Shown piece by piece: positions 1-9,001 of a stretch of DNA of 64,000 nt (within the stretch, counting starts at the first letter, position 1; each line of letters begins with the position of its first letter). The notes beneath the pieces were generated by a model, which worked only from the letters and a program-made list of their open reading frames with translations, was not told where the DNA came from and ran no database searches. This DNA comes from an uncultured Bacilli bacterium (lineage in GTDB: Bacteria; Bacillota_I; Bacilli_A; RF39; UBA660), in NCBI GenBank assembly GCA_944333345.1, contig CALVKW010000001.1, positions 5,594-69,593 on the forward strand. Reading direction: 5' to 3'. The position numbers were made by a program, and so were the translations under genes.

Positions 1-942
1 TTTACCCGTTTGACCATTCATTGCAAAAGTATACGTTTTATCACGATATTTAATATTAACCATAAAGACAGGTAACATAATATAATTACAATCAGACTTT
101 TGTATGAACAAATCATTTTTCGCAACACTACTAGTCTGATGTCGAACTCTCTCTTGTAACAAAGAAACCGAAGTATTAATGGTTCTACTCTTAGCTCGAT
201 CAATCGCAACAGTATCATCAACATCATATTTTTCAGCTAAAAATCCAGATAAAAAAGCATGATTATAAGTAACTAAATCTTTATACTGAAAAGGCTCCAA
301 AGAATCCATCAAATCATCAGGGAATCTAGAAGAACCATCTGCCAATACTTTATCATAACTCATCTTCCCTTGACACTTTGTTAAGAAAGTATCAGTCTTC
401 GTATATTGATAATTCATATCACTCCAAGATCTAGTATCTGTAGCATTAAATTCGACATCTCCATCCACTTCGAAATCATATGCCCAAAAAGGAATATAAA
501 TTCCCGTAATCTTATCAATATTTTCTTTACGTTTAAAAAGTTTAGGAACTAACGGTTTATGCTTCACTACCTTTTCAAAAGCACCAACAGCATCATTTTT
601 CACTTTCTGGAAAGGAATAATTAAATCAGGAACACGACTATTTTGAATTCTTTCTTTTAATATGGCCGTATTTCCACAATACACACAAAAAGTCGCAGTT
701 GTATTCGCATCTGCAACAATTTCCGCACCACAACTTTTACAACGATAAACATCTGCCTCTTCAACTTTAACATCTTTTTGTACAGTCTTTTGATTTACAT
801 CTTCACTACTAGCATTCTGATATTTCTGCATCTCTTCTAAAGTAAATTGACTACCACAATACTCACATACCCATTTTTGTTCTTTAGGATGAAATATTAT
901 CTTCGCTCCACATGATGGACACTTATGATCTAAAGCCTCCAT
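1..942 (-). CDS. Partial CDS (start at 942, 3' end runs off the window). Protein begins with two CxxC-x(n)-CxxC zinc ribbons (CPSCGA..CEYCG; CKSCGA..CVYCG) followed by an unknown domain.
   Basis: Manual reverse translation is open from 942 to position 1 (MEALDHKCPSCGAKIIFHPKEQKWVCEYCG...). It is absent from the ORF track because it is truncated. Confidence 0.6.
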   Translation of the reverse strand, partial: MEALDHKCPSCGAKIIFHPKEQKWVCEYCGSQFTLEEMQKYQNASSEDVNQKTVQKDVKVEEADVYRCKSCGAEIVADANTTATFCVYCGNTAILKERIQNSRVPDLIIPFQKVKNDAVGAFEKVVKHKPLVPKLFKRKENIDKITGIYIPFWAYDFEVDGDVEFNATDTRSWSDMNYQYTKTDTFLTKCQGKMSYDKVLADGSSRFPDDLMDSLEPFQYKDLVTYNHAFLSGFLAEKYDVDDTVAIDRAKSRTINTSVSLLQERVRHQTSSVAKNDLFIQKSDCNYIMLPVFMVNIKYRDKTYTFAMNGQTGK

Positions 943-981
943 GACACCACCTCTACTATATATAATATATCATAATTTTAA

Positions 982-1689
982 TTAATAAGAAACTAAATCA
1001 TTACAAACCCAAACTCTTTTAACAATATCTTTTACATAACTACCACAATAACTACACTGATGAGTTTTAAAATCAATACGAGGAGAGCCACAATTAGGGC
1101 ATTGAATTCCTAACACTTTACTATACTTATCTATATTAGAACTATCTAATATATAAATATATTGAATACGAAAACGATCTTGTACTTTTCTCATAAATTT
1201 TCCATTCTCATATAAATAATATTCTAAACTACTTCCAAAAGTAATTGTTGAAACACTACCATCACTCTCATATTTACTAACAACCGTCTTATGAAATTTA
1301 ATCTTTTTAAAGGATATTTTCTTATCTTTAAACTCTTGTATTTTCTTATCAACACTACTTTTAATTTTATCACTATCAATACCAAAACTATTTTTATTCT
1401 CAATTGCATGAAAATAATCCAAAATATTTTTCTCACATTCTCTTTTTAATTCATTAATATTAAGATCAGGAAAATCATCTTTAATCCTAGTCAAATATAA
1501 AGAATCCATACTAGATAAAGATTTAGGAATACTCTCGTCTTCTCTCTTTGCTTGTTCTACTAAATTAGAAAAACTAGAAACACCTAAAAATTTCTTAACC
1601 TTATAAAATAAAACATATCCTAAAACAAGAATAATCAAAATTAAAACTAAAACAATAATTAATCCAATAAGAAAAATCATATTCTTCAC
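982..1689 (-). CDS. Membrane-anchored protein with a C-terminal double zinc ribbon (CPNCGS..CSYCGS)
   Basis: N-terminal hydrophobic helix and C-terminal CxxC..CxxC motif. No catalytic motif is visible. Confidence 0.5.
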   Translation of the reverse strand: MKNMIFLIGLIIVLVLILIILVLGYVLFYKVKKFLGVSSFSNLVEQAKREDESIPKSLSSMDSLYLTRIKDDFPDLNINELKRECEKNILDYFHAIENKNSFGIDSDKIKSSVDKKIQEFKDKKISFKKIKFHKTVVSKYESDGSVSTITFGSSLEYYLYENGKFMRKVQDRFRIQYIYILDSSNIDKYSKVLGIQCPNCGSPRIDFKTHQCSYCGSYVKDIVKRVWVCNDLVSY

Positions 1690-1729
1690 CCTATATTTAG
1701 CATATCAAAAAAATATAAAAAAAAGAAGA

Positions 1730-1873
1730 TTATTCATCTTCTAAATGTTGTAAAGTAGACTCTTTGTCAACTGCTTCAACCAATAATTTACCTTCTTTAG
1801 AGTTACTATCAATATGAATATTTTTAAGACCACTTTCATGGCTTACAACGTCACATCTTTTTTCATCTTCCAT
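1730..1873 (-). CDS. Possible small ORF of 47 aa (MEDEKRCDVVSHESGLKNIHIDSNSKEGKLLVEAVDKESTLQHLEDE)
   Basis: Found by manual translation of the intergenic region. The RBS is weak and the ORF is not in the track. Confidence 0.2.
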   Translation of the reverse strand: MEDEKRCDVVSHESGLKNIHIDSNSKEGKLLVEAVDKESTLQHLEDE

Positions 1874-1926
1874 AATATCACCATTATTAATATAGGCAAA
1901 AAAGATAAAAATATACTATTATCTAA

Positions 1927-2841
1927 TTATTTATATTTTTTAGATTTAGAAGATGGATGAAAGAAAGGAACATCATTAACCCAGTCATCAATAATCTCTT
2001 CAGTTAATGCGTATTTTCCCCGATTAGCATATCCCAAGCAATGCTTTTCAATATGAAAGTCACTTCCACCACTTTTTAGCAACCCATATTGATCACAATA
2101 TCCCAATAAGAAATTTATTTGCTCCTCATTATGTTTACGATGACAACATTCAATTCCATCAATAATTCCTTCTTCTCTAAAAGTATCGATAATAGAAACG
2201 ATATTATCTAATCCATACACAAAAGGATGAGCAAAAAATGCCTTGCCACCTGCTTTATGAATTAAAGAAGTGACATAATAAACATCACAAGCATTCTGTG
2301 TATTATCTATATAAAAAGGGCTGGATGGCTCACAAAAATGTTTACGATAAAAAGTACTTCTATCATAGATGCCAAGGGAATCTAAAATAGCTTTATTTTC
2401 CTCATAACCAATAATATCATCTAATAAAACATCATTTGCCATATTATGAGCACTATTTATCTTTAAATCCTGTGTGTAACAAATCTGTAAACCATCACAT
2501 ATTGACTTCAAATGATTTAAAATAGACGTTTCCTTATCAACAGTAGTATGAACAAACCCTCTTTTGATAATTTCACTTTTTCTCATAACATCTAAATCGA
2601 TACCATATCCTAACATATCAAACAAACGTCCTTGATAACAAAATTCCAATTCAACACCAGGAATTATTTTTCCACTATAAGTAGAAAAAATATCAATCTC
2701 TTCTAAATCACGATAGGCATTAATATTATTATGATCTGTTATAGAAATAATTTTAAGTTTTTTTAATTCTGCCTTCTCCAAGATTTCTTTAGTCGTAAAA
2801 TCCCCATCAGAATTAACAGTATGAATATGTAAATCAATCAT
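1927..2841 (-). CDS. PHP-domain metal-dependent phosphoesterase
   Basis: N-terminal MIDLHIHTxxSDG signature of the PHP (polymerase/histidinol phosphatase) fold. Confidence 0.75.
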   Translation of the reverse strand: MIDLHIHTVNSDGDFTTKEILEKAELKKLKIISITDHNNINAYRDLEEIDIFSTYSGKIIPGVELEFCYQGRLFDMLGYGIDLDVMRKSEIIKRGFVHTTVDKETSILNHLKSICDGLQICYTQDLKINSAHNMANDVLLDDIIGYEENKAILDSLGIYDRSTFYRKHFCEPSSPFYIDNTQNACDVYYVTSLIHKAGGKAFFAHPFVYGLDNIVSIIDTFREEGIIDGIECCHRKHNEEQINFLLGYCDQYGLLKSGGSDFHIEKHCLGYANRGKYALTEEIIDDWVNDVPFFHPSSKSKKYK

Positions 2842-2861
2842 ATTTCCTCCTAGAACAGATT

Positions 2862-4154
2862 TTAATTTTCATCAGCTGGCATCAAAACTTCTTTACCACC
2901 CATATAAGGTTGCAATACTTTAGGAATTCTAATACTTCCGTCTTCTTGATAATTATTTTCAAGGAAAGCAATAAGACCACGAGGAGTCGCAACCACGGTA
3001 TTATTCAAAGTATATAAGAAATAAGTTCCTTTTTCTCCTTTTTTACGAATACCAAGGCGTCTAGCTTGAGCATCTCCTAAGTTAGAACAACTTCCAACTT
3101 CAAAATACTTCTTTTGTCTTGGACTCCAAGCTTCTACATCACATGACTTAACTTTTAAATCAGCAAGATCCCCACTACAACATTCAAGTTGTCTTACCGG
3201 AATATCCAAACTTCTAAAGAAGTCAACAGTCAACTTCCACATCTTTTCATACCAATCCATAGACTCTTCAGGTTCACAGATAACAATCATCTCTTGTTTT
3301 TCAAATTGATGAACACGGTAAAGTCCTCTCTCTTCTAATCCATGAGAACCACCTTCTTTTCTAAAACAAGGAGAATAACTTGTCATATGAATAGGAAGTT
3401 CGCTATCCTTAATAATTTGATCTTTAAATTTACCAATCATAGAATGTTCACTAGTTCCAATTAAATATAAATCTTCTCCTTCAATCTTATACATCATAGC
3501 TTCCATCTCAGGAAAAGACATAACCCCAGTAACCACATCACTATGAATCATAAATGGTGGAATAGCATAAGTAAATCCAGCATCAATCATATAATCTCTA
3601 GCATATGCAAGCATAGCTTCATGAAGACGAGCAATATCTCCTAGTAAGTAATAAAAACCTTGTCCACTAGTTCTACCAGCTGCATCTTTATCCATACCAT
3701 GAAATCTAGCTATAATATCAGCATGATAGGGAATTTCATAATCTGGAACAACGGGATCCCCAAATTTTTGTACTTCCACATTTTCGCTATCATCACGACC
3801 AATGGGAACAGAAGGATCCATAATCTGAGGAATTACCATCATACGATCCTTAATCTCACGAGAAAGTTCTTCCTGCTCTTTCTCTAAGGCACTAATTTCA
3901 TCAGCAGTCTTCGCAATATCGGCTTTAATTTTCTCAGCCTCATCTTTTTTACCTTCCTTCATTAATTTTCCAATTTCGCCACTCATACGATTTTTATCAG
4001 CTTTTAATCCATCAGCTTTTACTTGTACTTCACGTACTCTCTTATCCATATCATAAACTTCATCTACCAAAGGAAGTTTTTCATCTTGAAACTTCTTTTT
4101 AATATTTTCCTTTACTAAATCCTTATCTTCTCTAATTAATCTAATATCTATCAT
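2862..4154 (-). CDS. serS: Serine--tRNA ligase
   Basis: N-terminal coiled-coil arm and class II core motifs (GFTYAIPPFM..., GTSEHSMIG) over a typical length of 430 aa. Confidence 0.95.
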   Translation of the reverse strand: MIDIRLIREDKDLVKENIKKKFQDEKLPLVDEVYDMDKRVREVQVKADGLKADKNRMSGEIGKLMKEGKKDEAEKIKADIAKTADEISALEKEQEELSREIKDRMMVIPQIMDPSVPIGRDDSENVEVQKFGDPVVPDYEIPYHADIIARFHGMDKDAAGRTSGQGFYYLLGDIARLHEAMLAYARDYMIDAGFTYAIPPFMIHSDVVTGVMSFPEMEAMMYKIEGEDLYLIGTSEHSMIGKFKDQIIKDSELPIHMTSYSPCFRKEGGSHGLEERGLYRVHQFEKQEMIVICEPEESMDWYEKMWKLTVDFFRSLDIPVRQLECCSGDLADLKVKSCDVEAWSPRQKKYFEVGSCSNLGDAQARRLGIRKKGEKGTYFLYTLNNTVVATPRGLIAFLENNYQEDGSIRIPKVLQPYMGGKEVLMPADEN

Positions 4155-4156
4155 AT

Positions 4157-5089
4157 CTATACCTCTCTTCTAAATAATTTATTATAACTATTTTTATATA
4201 ACACTTTATCAATATCTTCTTCTGTAAAAGTATCCTTCAATAAAGCTCTAATTTGCTTACCAACCATACCATAATCAAAAATCTGTATATCATCCTCATC
4301 TCCAAATAAAGCTGGCCCAAATTTCATATCATCCGTAGAAACACCAATCGAGTCAATGCCAAGTAAGTCCCGAACATGAACGATATGCTCTACATACTTC
4401 TTAGAAAGTTCTTCTCTATCTTCACTCGAGGAGACAAATGGCCCATAAGAAACAAGTCCGATAACCGGTGATAATTCTTTTAAAGATAGTAACTGCTCAT
4501 CACTCAAATTTCTAGGATGAGAATATAAATCATAACAATTCGAATGACTAGCAATCACAGTAACATCTTTTCCCTTTCTTTTTTCTTCTTTTAAAAGCTC
4601 TATAGTATCAGAAAAAGTAGCAGGATTCATATGTGATAAATCAATACTAATACCTAAATCAACTGCTTTTTGAAGTAATTCTTTACCTTCATCAGTAAGT
4701 CCCTCTTGACTACGATTACCAGAGCCATAACGATTCTTATTATTCCATACAAGTAAAATATTACGAAGACCTAATTTATAAAGTTCCTCTAACTCTTCAG
4801 GACTATGAATAAAGTCACAACCTTCAATACTATAAACGACATCCAAATTAGGAAAATATTTTTGAAATAAATGAGTCGCTATACGAAATCTTTCAATAAC
4901 ATCAATAGGTTCAAACAACTCGCCCATCTCTTCCTTCATTTCCTCTTCATTCATAAAATAAAGATTAGCGACCACTCCTCGAACTTCATTTTCTTTATAA
5001 TACTCTTGCACTTTCTTTATATAACTAAAATCATTTTTCTTATAACAATAATATAAAATGGATAATAAATCATAATGTAAATCAATCAT
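4157..5089 (-). CDS. Membrane dipeptidase, peptidase family M19 (renal-dipeptidase-like). Likely start is MIDLHYDLL at 5089.
   Basis: M19 blocks are present: LLVWNNKNRYGSGN, GLTDEGKELL..LGISIDLSHMNP, VIASHSN..HPRNLSDEQL. Its stop codon lies 2 nt before the serS ATG, indicating translational coupling. Confidence 0.7.
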   Translation of the reverse strand: MIDLHYDLLSILYYCYKKNDFSYIKKVQEYYKENEVRGVVANLYFMNEEEMKEEMGELFEPIDVIERFRIATHLFQKYFPNLDVVYSIEGCDFIHSPEELEELYKLGLRNILLVWNNKNRYGSGNRSQEGLTDEGKELLQKAVDLGISIDLSHMNPATFSDTIELLKEEKRKGKDVTVIASHSNCYDLYSHPRNLSDEQLLSLKELSPVIGLVSYGPFVSSSEDREELSKKYVEHIVHVRDLLGIDSIGVSTDDMKFGPALFGDEDDIQIFDYGMVGKQIRALLKDTFTEEDIDKVLYKNSYNKLFRREV

Positions 5090-5101
5090 AAAACCATCTC
5101 C

Positions 5102-5325
5102 TAAAAACAAAAAAAGAACAGTACAAGGAGTGCAAATGCACGGTACCATCCTTTTTTTTACTCAAAGTGTAACGAACTTCTCCGGAATAATTCATCTATA
5201 GAGTAGATAAATAAGTCTTTAATATCGTTTCCACCAACCACGATTTCTCTCTAATTAAAGTTTCTTATTATTAGTTCTAATCATCGATTTGTTAATAGTA
5301 TATACCATTTTTTACAAATTATCAA
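5102..5325 (-). promoter_or_regulatory. Candidate T-box riboswitch leader (promoter, T-box motif and intrinsic terminator) upstream of the dipeptidase-serS operon
   Basis: On the minus strand the motif AAAAAAGGAUGGUACCGUG matches the T-box consensus AAUUAGGGUGGUACCGCG in 11 of 13 core positions. It overlaps the 5' arm of a long hairpin (GGAUGGUAC...GUACUGUUC) followed by a U-run, placed immediately before the RBS AGGAGAUGG and the ATG. A sigma-A-like promoter sits upstream: TTGATA, 17-nt spacer, TATACT. Serine codons occur in the leader (UCU-A, UCC-G). Confidence 0.55.
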
Positions 5326-6476
5326 TCTTTTTTACAGGTATTAACATATTCAGGCATTTGAACACTATCCATCTTCTCTATTTCACTCATATGAAGCAAT
5401 TTAGAATCTACATTATCAAAACCATACTCTCCATCAGTAAGAGTAACAAAATACTGATAATTATTTTTCTTTTTAACAACTCTAATATATCCTTTTAGTT
5501 TCCCTCCATTCATAGAAGAACGGATAGGAAGAAATGAATACATGGTTAAATCACTAGCATTAGAGAATGGAATATAATACTCTCCATCTTTCTCTGTAAT
5601 CATATTACCATCACAATTATAAATACCATCTACAACATCTGTGTTAACTGTATTAACGAAAGAACTGACATCTAAAACATAAAATATTTCTCTGCAAATA
5701 TATGCAGTTGGTGTAAAGGCAAATCCCAAAAAAACTAAAAAGAACAGTATAGAATAAACAAAAGCTGGTATTTGAGCATTTCTTCTTTTCCCACTAGTGA
5801 CAAACTGTGGATACTTTTCACCATTCCCTTCATAAACAGCTCTATCATCGATAGCGATAATAGGTAGCATAACAAAAGGGAAAAACAAAGTAAGCCAACC
5901 ACTTTTACCAAAAACTCTTCCCAAGCGATAATTTGCATATAACGCATAAATCTCTCCAAAAATGGGAATAAGTAAAAATAAAAATTTCCATCCATTACCT
6001 ACGGCAATATCAAAATAAGCATATTGACTATAAAATGGTATTAAAGGAGTAAACCCAGAATACCCCCCCTTCATATAAATAGCGGAATTAACGATGATAA
6101 AAAAGGTTACAATAAAATATATAATACAAACAACGAAAAGAAAGCTGAGAGAATAATTTAACCAAAAATAAGCAAGTCCTCCTAAAATGATAGTAAAAAG
6201 TAGCAACAAAAGAATTGCCGATTTAGTATCAATAAAACCCTTCTTATTTTTAGTCTTTGTCTCATAAGTTCTACCAGCAAACTCAACAGTATCAACTTCA
6301 TGTTTCTTAGGATCATTATAATCTTGATTAGCTTTATCAAACTCTTCCGGCGTAATATAGGTTTTCATTTTCTGGTTATCCGGATGATCATAATTCAAAG
6401 CACCACACTTCATGCAATATCTTTGCTTAGAATCCATCTCAGCACCACATCTAGGACAAATCATATCAAACACCAC
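5322..6476 (-). CDS. Polytopic membrane protein with an N-terminal zinc ribbon (CPRCGA..CMKCGA)
   Basis: CxxC..CxxC motif at the N-terminus followed by multiple hydrophobic helices. Confidence 0.5.
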   Translation of the reverse strand: MVFDMICPRCGAEMDSKQRYCMKCGALNYDHPDNQKMKTYITPEEFDKANQDYNDPKKHEVDTVEFAGRTYETKTKNKKGFIDTKSAILLLLLFTIILGGLAYFWLNYSLSFLFVVCIIYFIVTFFIIVNSAIYMKGGYSGFTPLIPFYSQYAYFDIAVGNGWKFLFLLIPIFGEIYALYANYRLGRVFGKSGWLTLFFPFVMLPIIAIDDRAVYEGNGEKYPQFVTSGKRRNAQIPAFVYSILFFLVFLGFAFTPTAYICREIFYVLDVSSFVNTVNTDVVDGIYNCDGNMITEKDGEYYIPFSNASDLTMYSFLPIRSSMNGGKLKGYIRVVKKKNNYQYFVTLTDGEYGFDNVDSKLLHMSEIEKMDSVQMPEYVNTCKKD

Positions 6477-6522
6477 CCTATCTATTTACTAGTTTATCAC
6501 GATAAGGAAGAAAAAAAAAGAC

Positions 6523-6783
6523 CTATTTGGCCTCTATAATTAACTTAATAGCAGTACGTTCCTCTCCATCAATAGCAATATCTTGAAAAGCTGGAATACA
6601 TACTAGATTTTTCCCAGAAGGAGCAACAAATCCTCTAGCAATCGCAACTGCTTTAATTGCTTGATTAAGTGCTCCAGCCCCAACAGCTTGAATTTCAACA
6701 GTCCCCTTCTCACGAAAGACATTAGCTAAAGCTCCCGCAACACTATTAGGATTAGATTTACTACTTACTTTCAATGTTTCCAT
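6523..6783 (-). CDS. spoVS: Stage V sporulation protein S
   Basis: METLKVSSKSNPNSVAGALANV...AVGAGALNQAIKAVAIARGFVAPSG...CIPAF..IDGEERTAIKL is near-identical in pattern to B. subtilis SpoVS (86 aa). An RBS, AGAGAGGAA, lies before this ATG. The track ORF carries a spurious N-terminal extension. Confidence 0.9.
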   Translation of the reverse strand: METLKVSSKSNPNSVAGALANVFREKGTVEIQAVGAGALNQAIKAVAIARGFVAPSGKNLVCIPAFQDIAIDGEERTAIKLIIEAK

Positions 6784-6844
6784 AAATATAAATTCCTCTC
6801 TTTCTATATCAATAATATATGAATGAAAGAAGAAAATATGATAC

Positions 6845-7753
6845 TTAATCAACTTTTTGAATTGCTTCTTTAATAACCCGGATACTACGGTTTAATTTTA
6901 GAGATTCCTCTTCAGTTAAATCAACAAATACTCTTCCCTTAGCCCCTCTTTTATTAACAATAGTAGGAACCCCAATAAACACATTATTTTCCTTATCATA
7001 AGTAGAAACTGTAATGATAGTATTTTCATCTCCCAAAATAGCATTCGTAATATAAGCTAAACACATACCGATACCGTAATAAGTCGCACCTTTTCTATCA
7101 ATAATTTTATAGGCTGCATTTTTAACTTCTTCGCTAATAGCATCTTTTTCAGCATCAGATAAAAATTTATCTATATTTTGTAATCCTACAGTAGCATGAT
7201 TCCAAGGAACAAATTCACTATCACCATGTTCGCCTATAACATAAGCATGAATGTTTTTAGGACCTATCCCCAACTTTTCTCCAATTAAATAACGAAGACG
7301 AGAGGTATCTAAACTTGTACCACTTCCCAAAACACGATGATAATCAAACTCAGAATATTTCCATGTAAGGTAGGTCATAACATCAACAGGATTTGTTGCG
7401 ACTAAAAAGATACCTTTAAATCCGCTTTTGACTACTTCCTTAACAATAGACTTAAAAATTTTACTATTTTTAGAAATCAAATCCATTCTAGTTTCTCCAT
7501 GTACTTGACTAGCACCAGCAGCAATAACCACAATCTTAGCATCACAACAATCATCATAGCCACCACATCGAATATCAATTTTGGAAGGAGCAAAAGCAAG
7601 ACAATGATTTAAATCCATCACTTCACCTTCCACGCGTTCATGATTCACATCCACTAATATCAATTCATTTACATTAGTTCGTTGATTAAGTAATGCATAA
7701 GCATAACTCATTCCAACATTACCGCATCCAATAATAACAACTTTATTATGCAT
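6845..7753 (-). CDS. ldh: L-lactate dehydrogenase
   Basis: NAD-binding motif VVIIGCGNVG and LDH core blocks. An RBS, GAGGAGGAG, precedes the internal MHNK start. Confidence 0.9.
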   Translation of the reverse strand: MHNKVVIIGCGNVGMSYAYALLNQRTNVNELILVDVNHERVEGEVMDLNHCLAFAPSKIDIRCGGYDDCCDAKIVVIAAGASQVHGETRMDLISKNSKIFKSIVKEVVKSGFKGIFLVATNPVDVMTYLTWKYSEFDYHRVLGSGTSLDTSRLRYLIGEKLGIGPKNIHAYVIGEHGDSEFVPWNHATVGLQNIDKFLSDAEKDAISEEVKNAAYKIIDRKGATYYGIGMCLAYITNAILGDENTIITVSTYDKENNVFIGVPTIVNKRGAKGRVFVDLTEEESLKLNRSIRVIKEAIQKVD

Positions 7754-7998
7754 ATTACTCCTCCTCATCATTTGCATTCCTACATTTTTTTAATTCTCAA
7801 AATTTTCAATCATACAATTATTTGCATCTTCACCAGCGTACTTTTCAAGAACTTCATCTTTTGATTCTAATAAGGATACATCAATTGATAATCCTTTACT
7901 TTATCAGATGTAACTATTCTTTCCCCAATGTATAAATTGTCTCGAAAACCGCAAGCCAAGCCTCACTGATACTTTCAATTTTTCCAAAACAATTCACA

Positions 7999-8592
7999 TT
8001 ACTTATTAAGCCCTTTCAAAAATTCACATATATCTTGAGCAACAACTTTATCATGATCATTTTGAATAGCCTGTGCAAGTTCTTCTTTTGTCCAAACCAC
8101 AAGAGACAAATCATTTAAAATATCATTAAATGTTTGTACTGTACTTGAATCATCAGAATTTCTTTCTAATTCATAATGATCTCCCATGAAACAATTAAGC
8201 TTTACCGTCAGTTGAACACCATCAGAAGTAACATAATCCGTTCTGTCAAATGTTCTGACAAAACCATTTTTCACATCAAGTACTTTAAGTAATACCCCAA
8301 TTGCTTCATAGGATTCTGCCGAACAATTTATAGTATATTCTTTTCTTTCAAAGTCTAATGCATTTCCTAACTTAATTTTAATTTTAATGCCTGAATCGCG
8401 AATATCTATAATGAGTCTTCCTTTACCACCAGCTACACTACCAATCGTGGGAATATGATCCGTATCACAATAAATACTAACTTGTCTATAGGTATGTTCT
8501 TTCCAACCTGCTTTTTTTGCATAAATACTAATTTTCTTTGCAATTTCCTTATCTAAGGAACCTCGTACTTCTTTTTCAATAATATTACTCAT
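7999..8592 (-). CDS. CYTH-like domain protein (putative triphosphate tunnel metalloenzyme or class IV adenylate-cyclase-like)
   Basis: N-terminal E-x-E-x-R/K pattern (EKEVRG) and a length of about 190 aa. The match is weak. Confidence 0.35.
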   Translation of the reverse strand: MSNIIEKEVRGSLDKEIAKKISIYAKKAGWKEHTYRQVSIYCDTDHIPTIGSVAGGKGRLIIDIRDSGIKIKIKLGNALDFERKEYTINCSAESYEAIGVLLKVLDVKNGFVRTFDRTDYVTSDGVQLTVKLNCFMGDHYELERNSDDSSTVQTFNDILNDLSLVVWTKEELAQAIQNDHDKVVAQDICEFLKGLNK

Positions 8593-9001
8593 TTTTCATT
8601 CCTCCTATTTTTTTAAATCAACTATATTTTCATCAAACAGGACTTTTTCACTCGTGGAAATCCTCTAACATTTGTATTTAACACATACCATTTTAAGCAA
8701 CATTCCAACTTATCTCTAGTTTTTCACTAGTAAAAATCCCACTTTTATAAATATTCCCAAGAAAAACAGAAGCTTTCCGTACTTCTCACTACTTGCCCAA
8801 AGTTAATCTCGAATCTGATTTTAAAATAAGTAACAAAATAGGTTCATGCTTCAGATGTTCATATCTCTGATCTGATTCTACTTATAATTCAATAACGACT
8901 ACAACACAATTATTTATCTGCTCCTAGTTTTCATTCCTTACCAATCATGTCTTTTCTGTTTGTTTACAGATTTGAGGTGTTCTCTTTCTTTTACACGCTT
9001 T

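Noticed and set aside
3660-5056. Small + strand ORFs inside serS and the dipeptidase gene (3660..3887, 4871..5056)
   Set aside because: They are antisense frames within well-supported genes.
4157-5149. N-terminal extension MVPCICTPCTVLFLFLGDGF on the dipeptidase ORF
   Set aside because: The extension would read through the T-box terminator hairpin. An RBS (AGGAGATGG) precedes the internal MIDLHYD start, so the shorter start was used.
7800-7998. Coding-like open stretches directly after the CYTH-like gene stop (..NVNCFGKIESISEAWLAVFETIYTLGKE* and ..KGLSIDVSLLESKDEVLEKYAGEDANNCMIENFEN*) in two frames
   Set aside because: They could be remnants of a frameshifted C-terminal extension or a decayed gene. 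However, 30-35 open codons occur by chance at this GC content, and there is no start codon or RBS. They are not called.
8593-9001. 409-bp intergenic region upstream of the CYTH-like gene
   Set aside because: I looked for riboswitch or sRNA signatures and tRNA-like GC-rich blocks. None was recognisable and there is no convincing ORF with an RBS. It is left unannotated.
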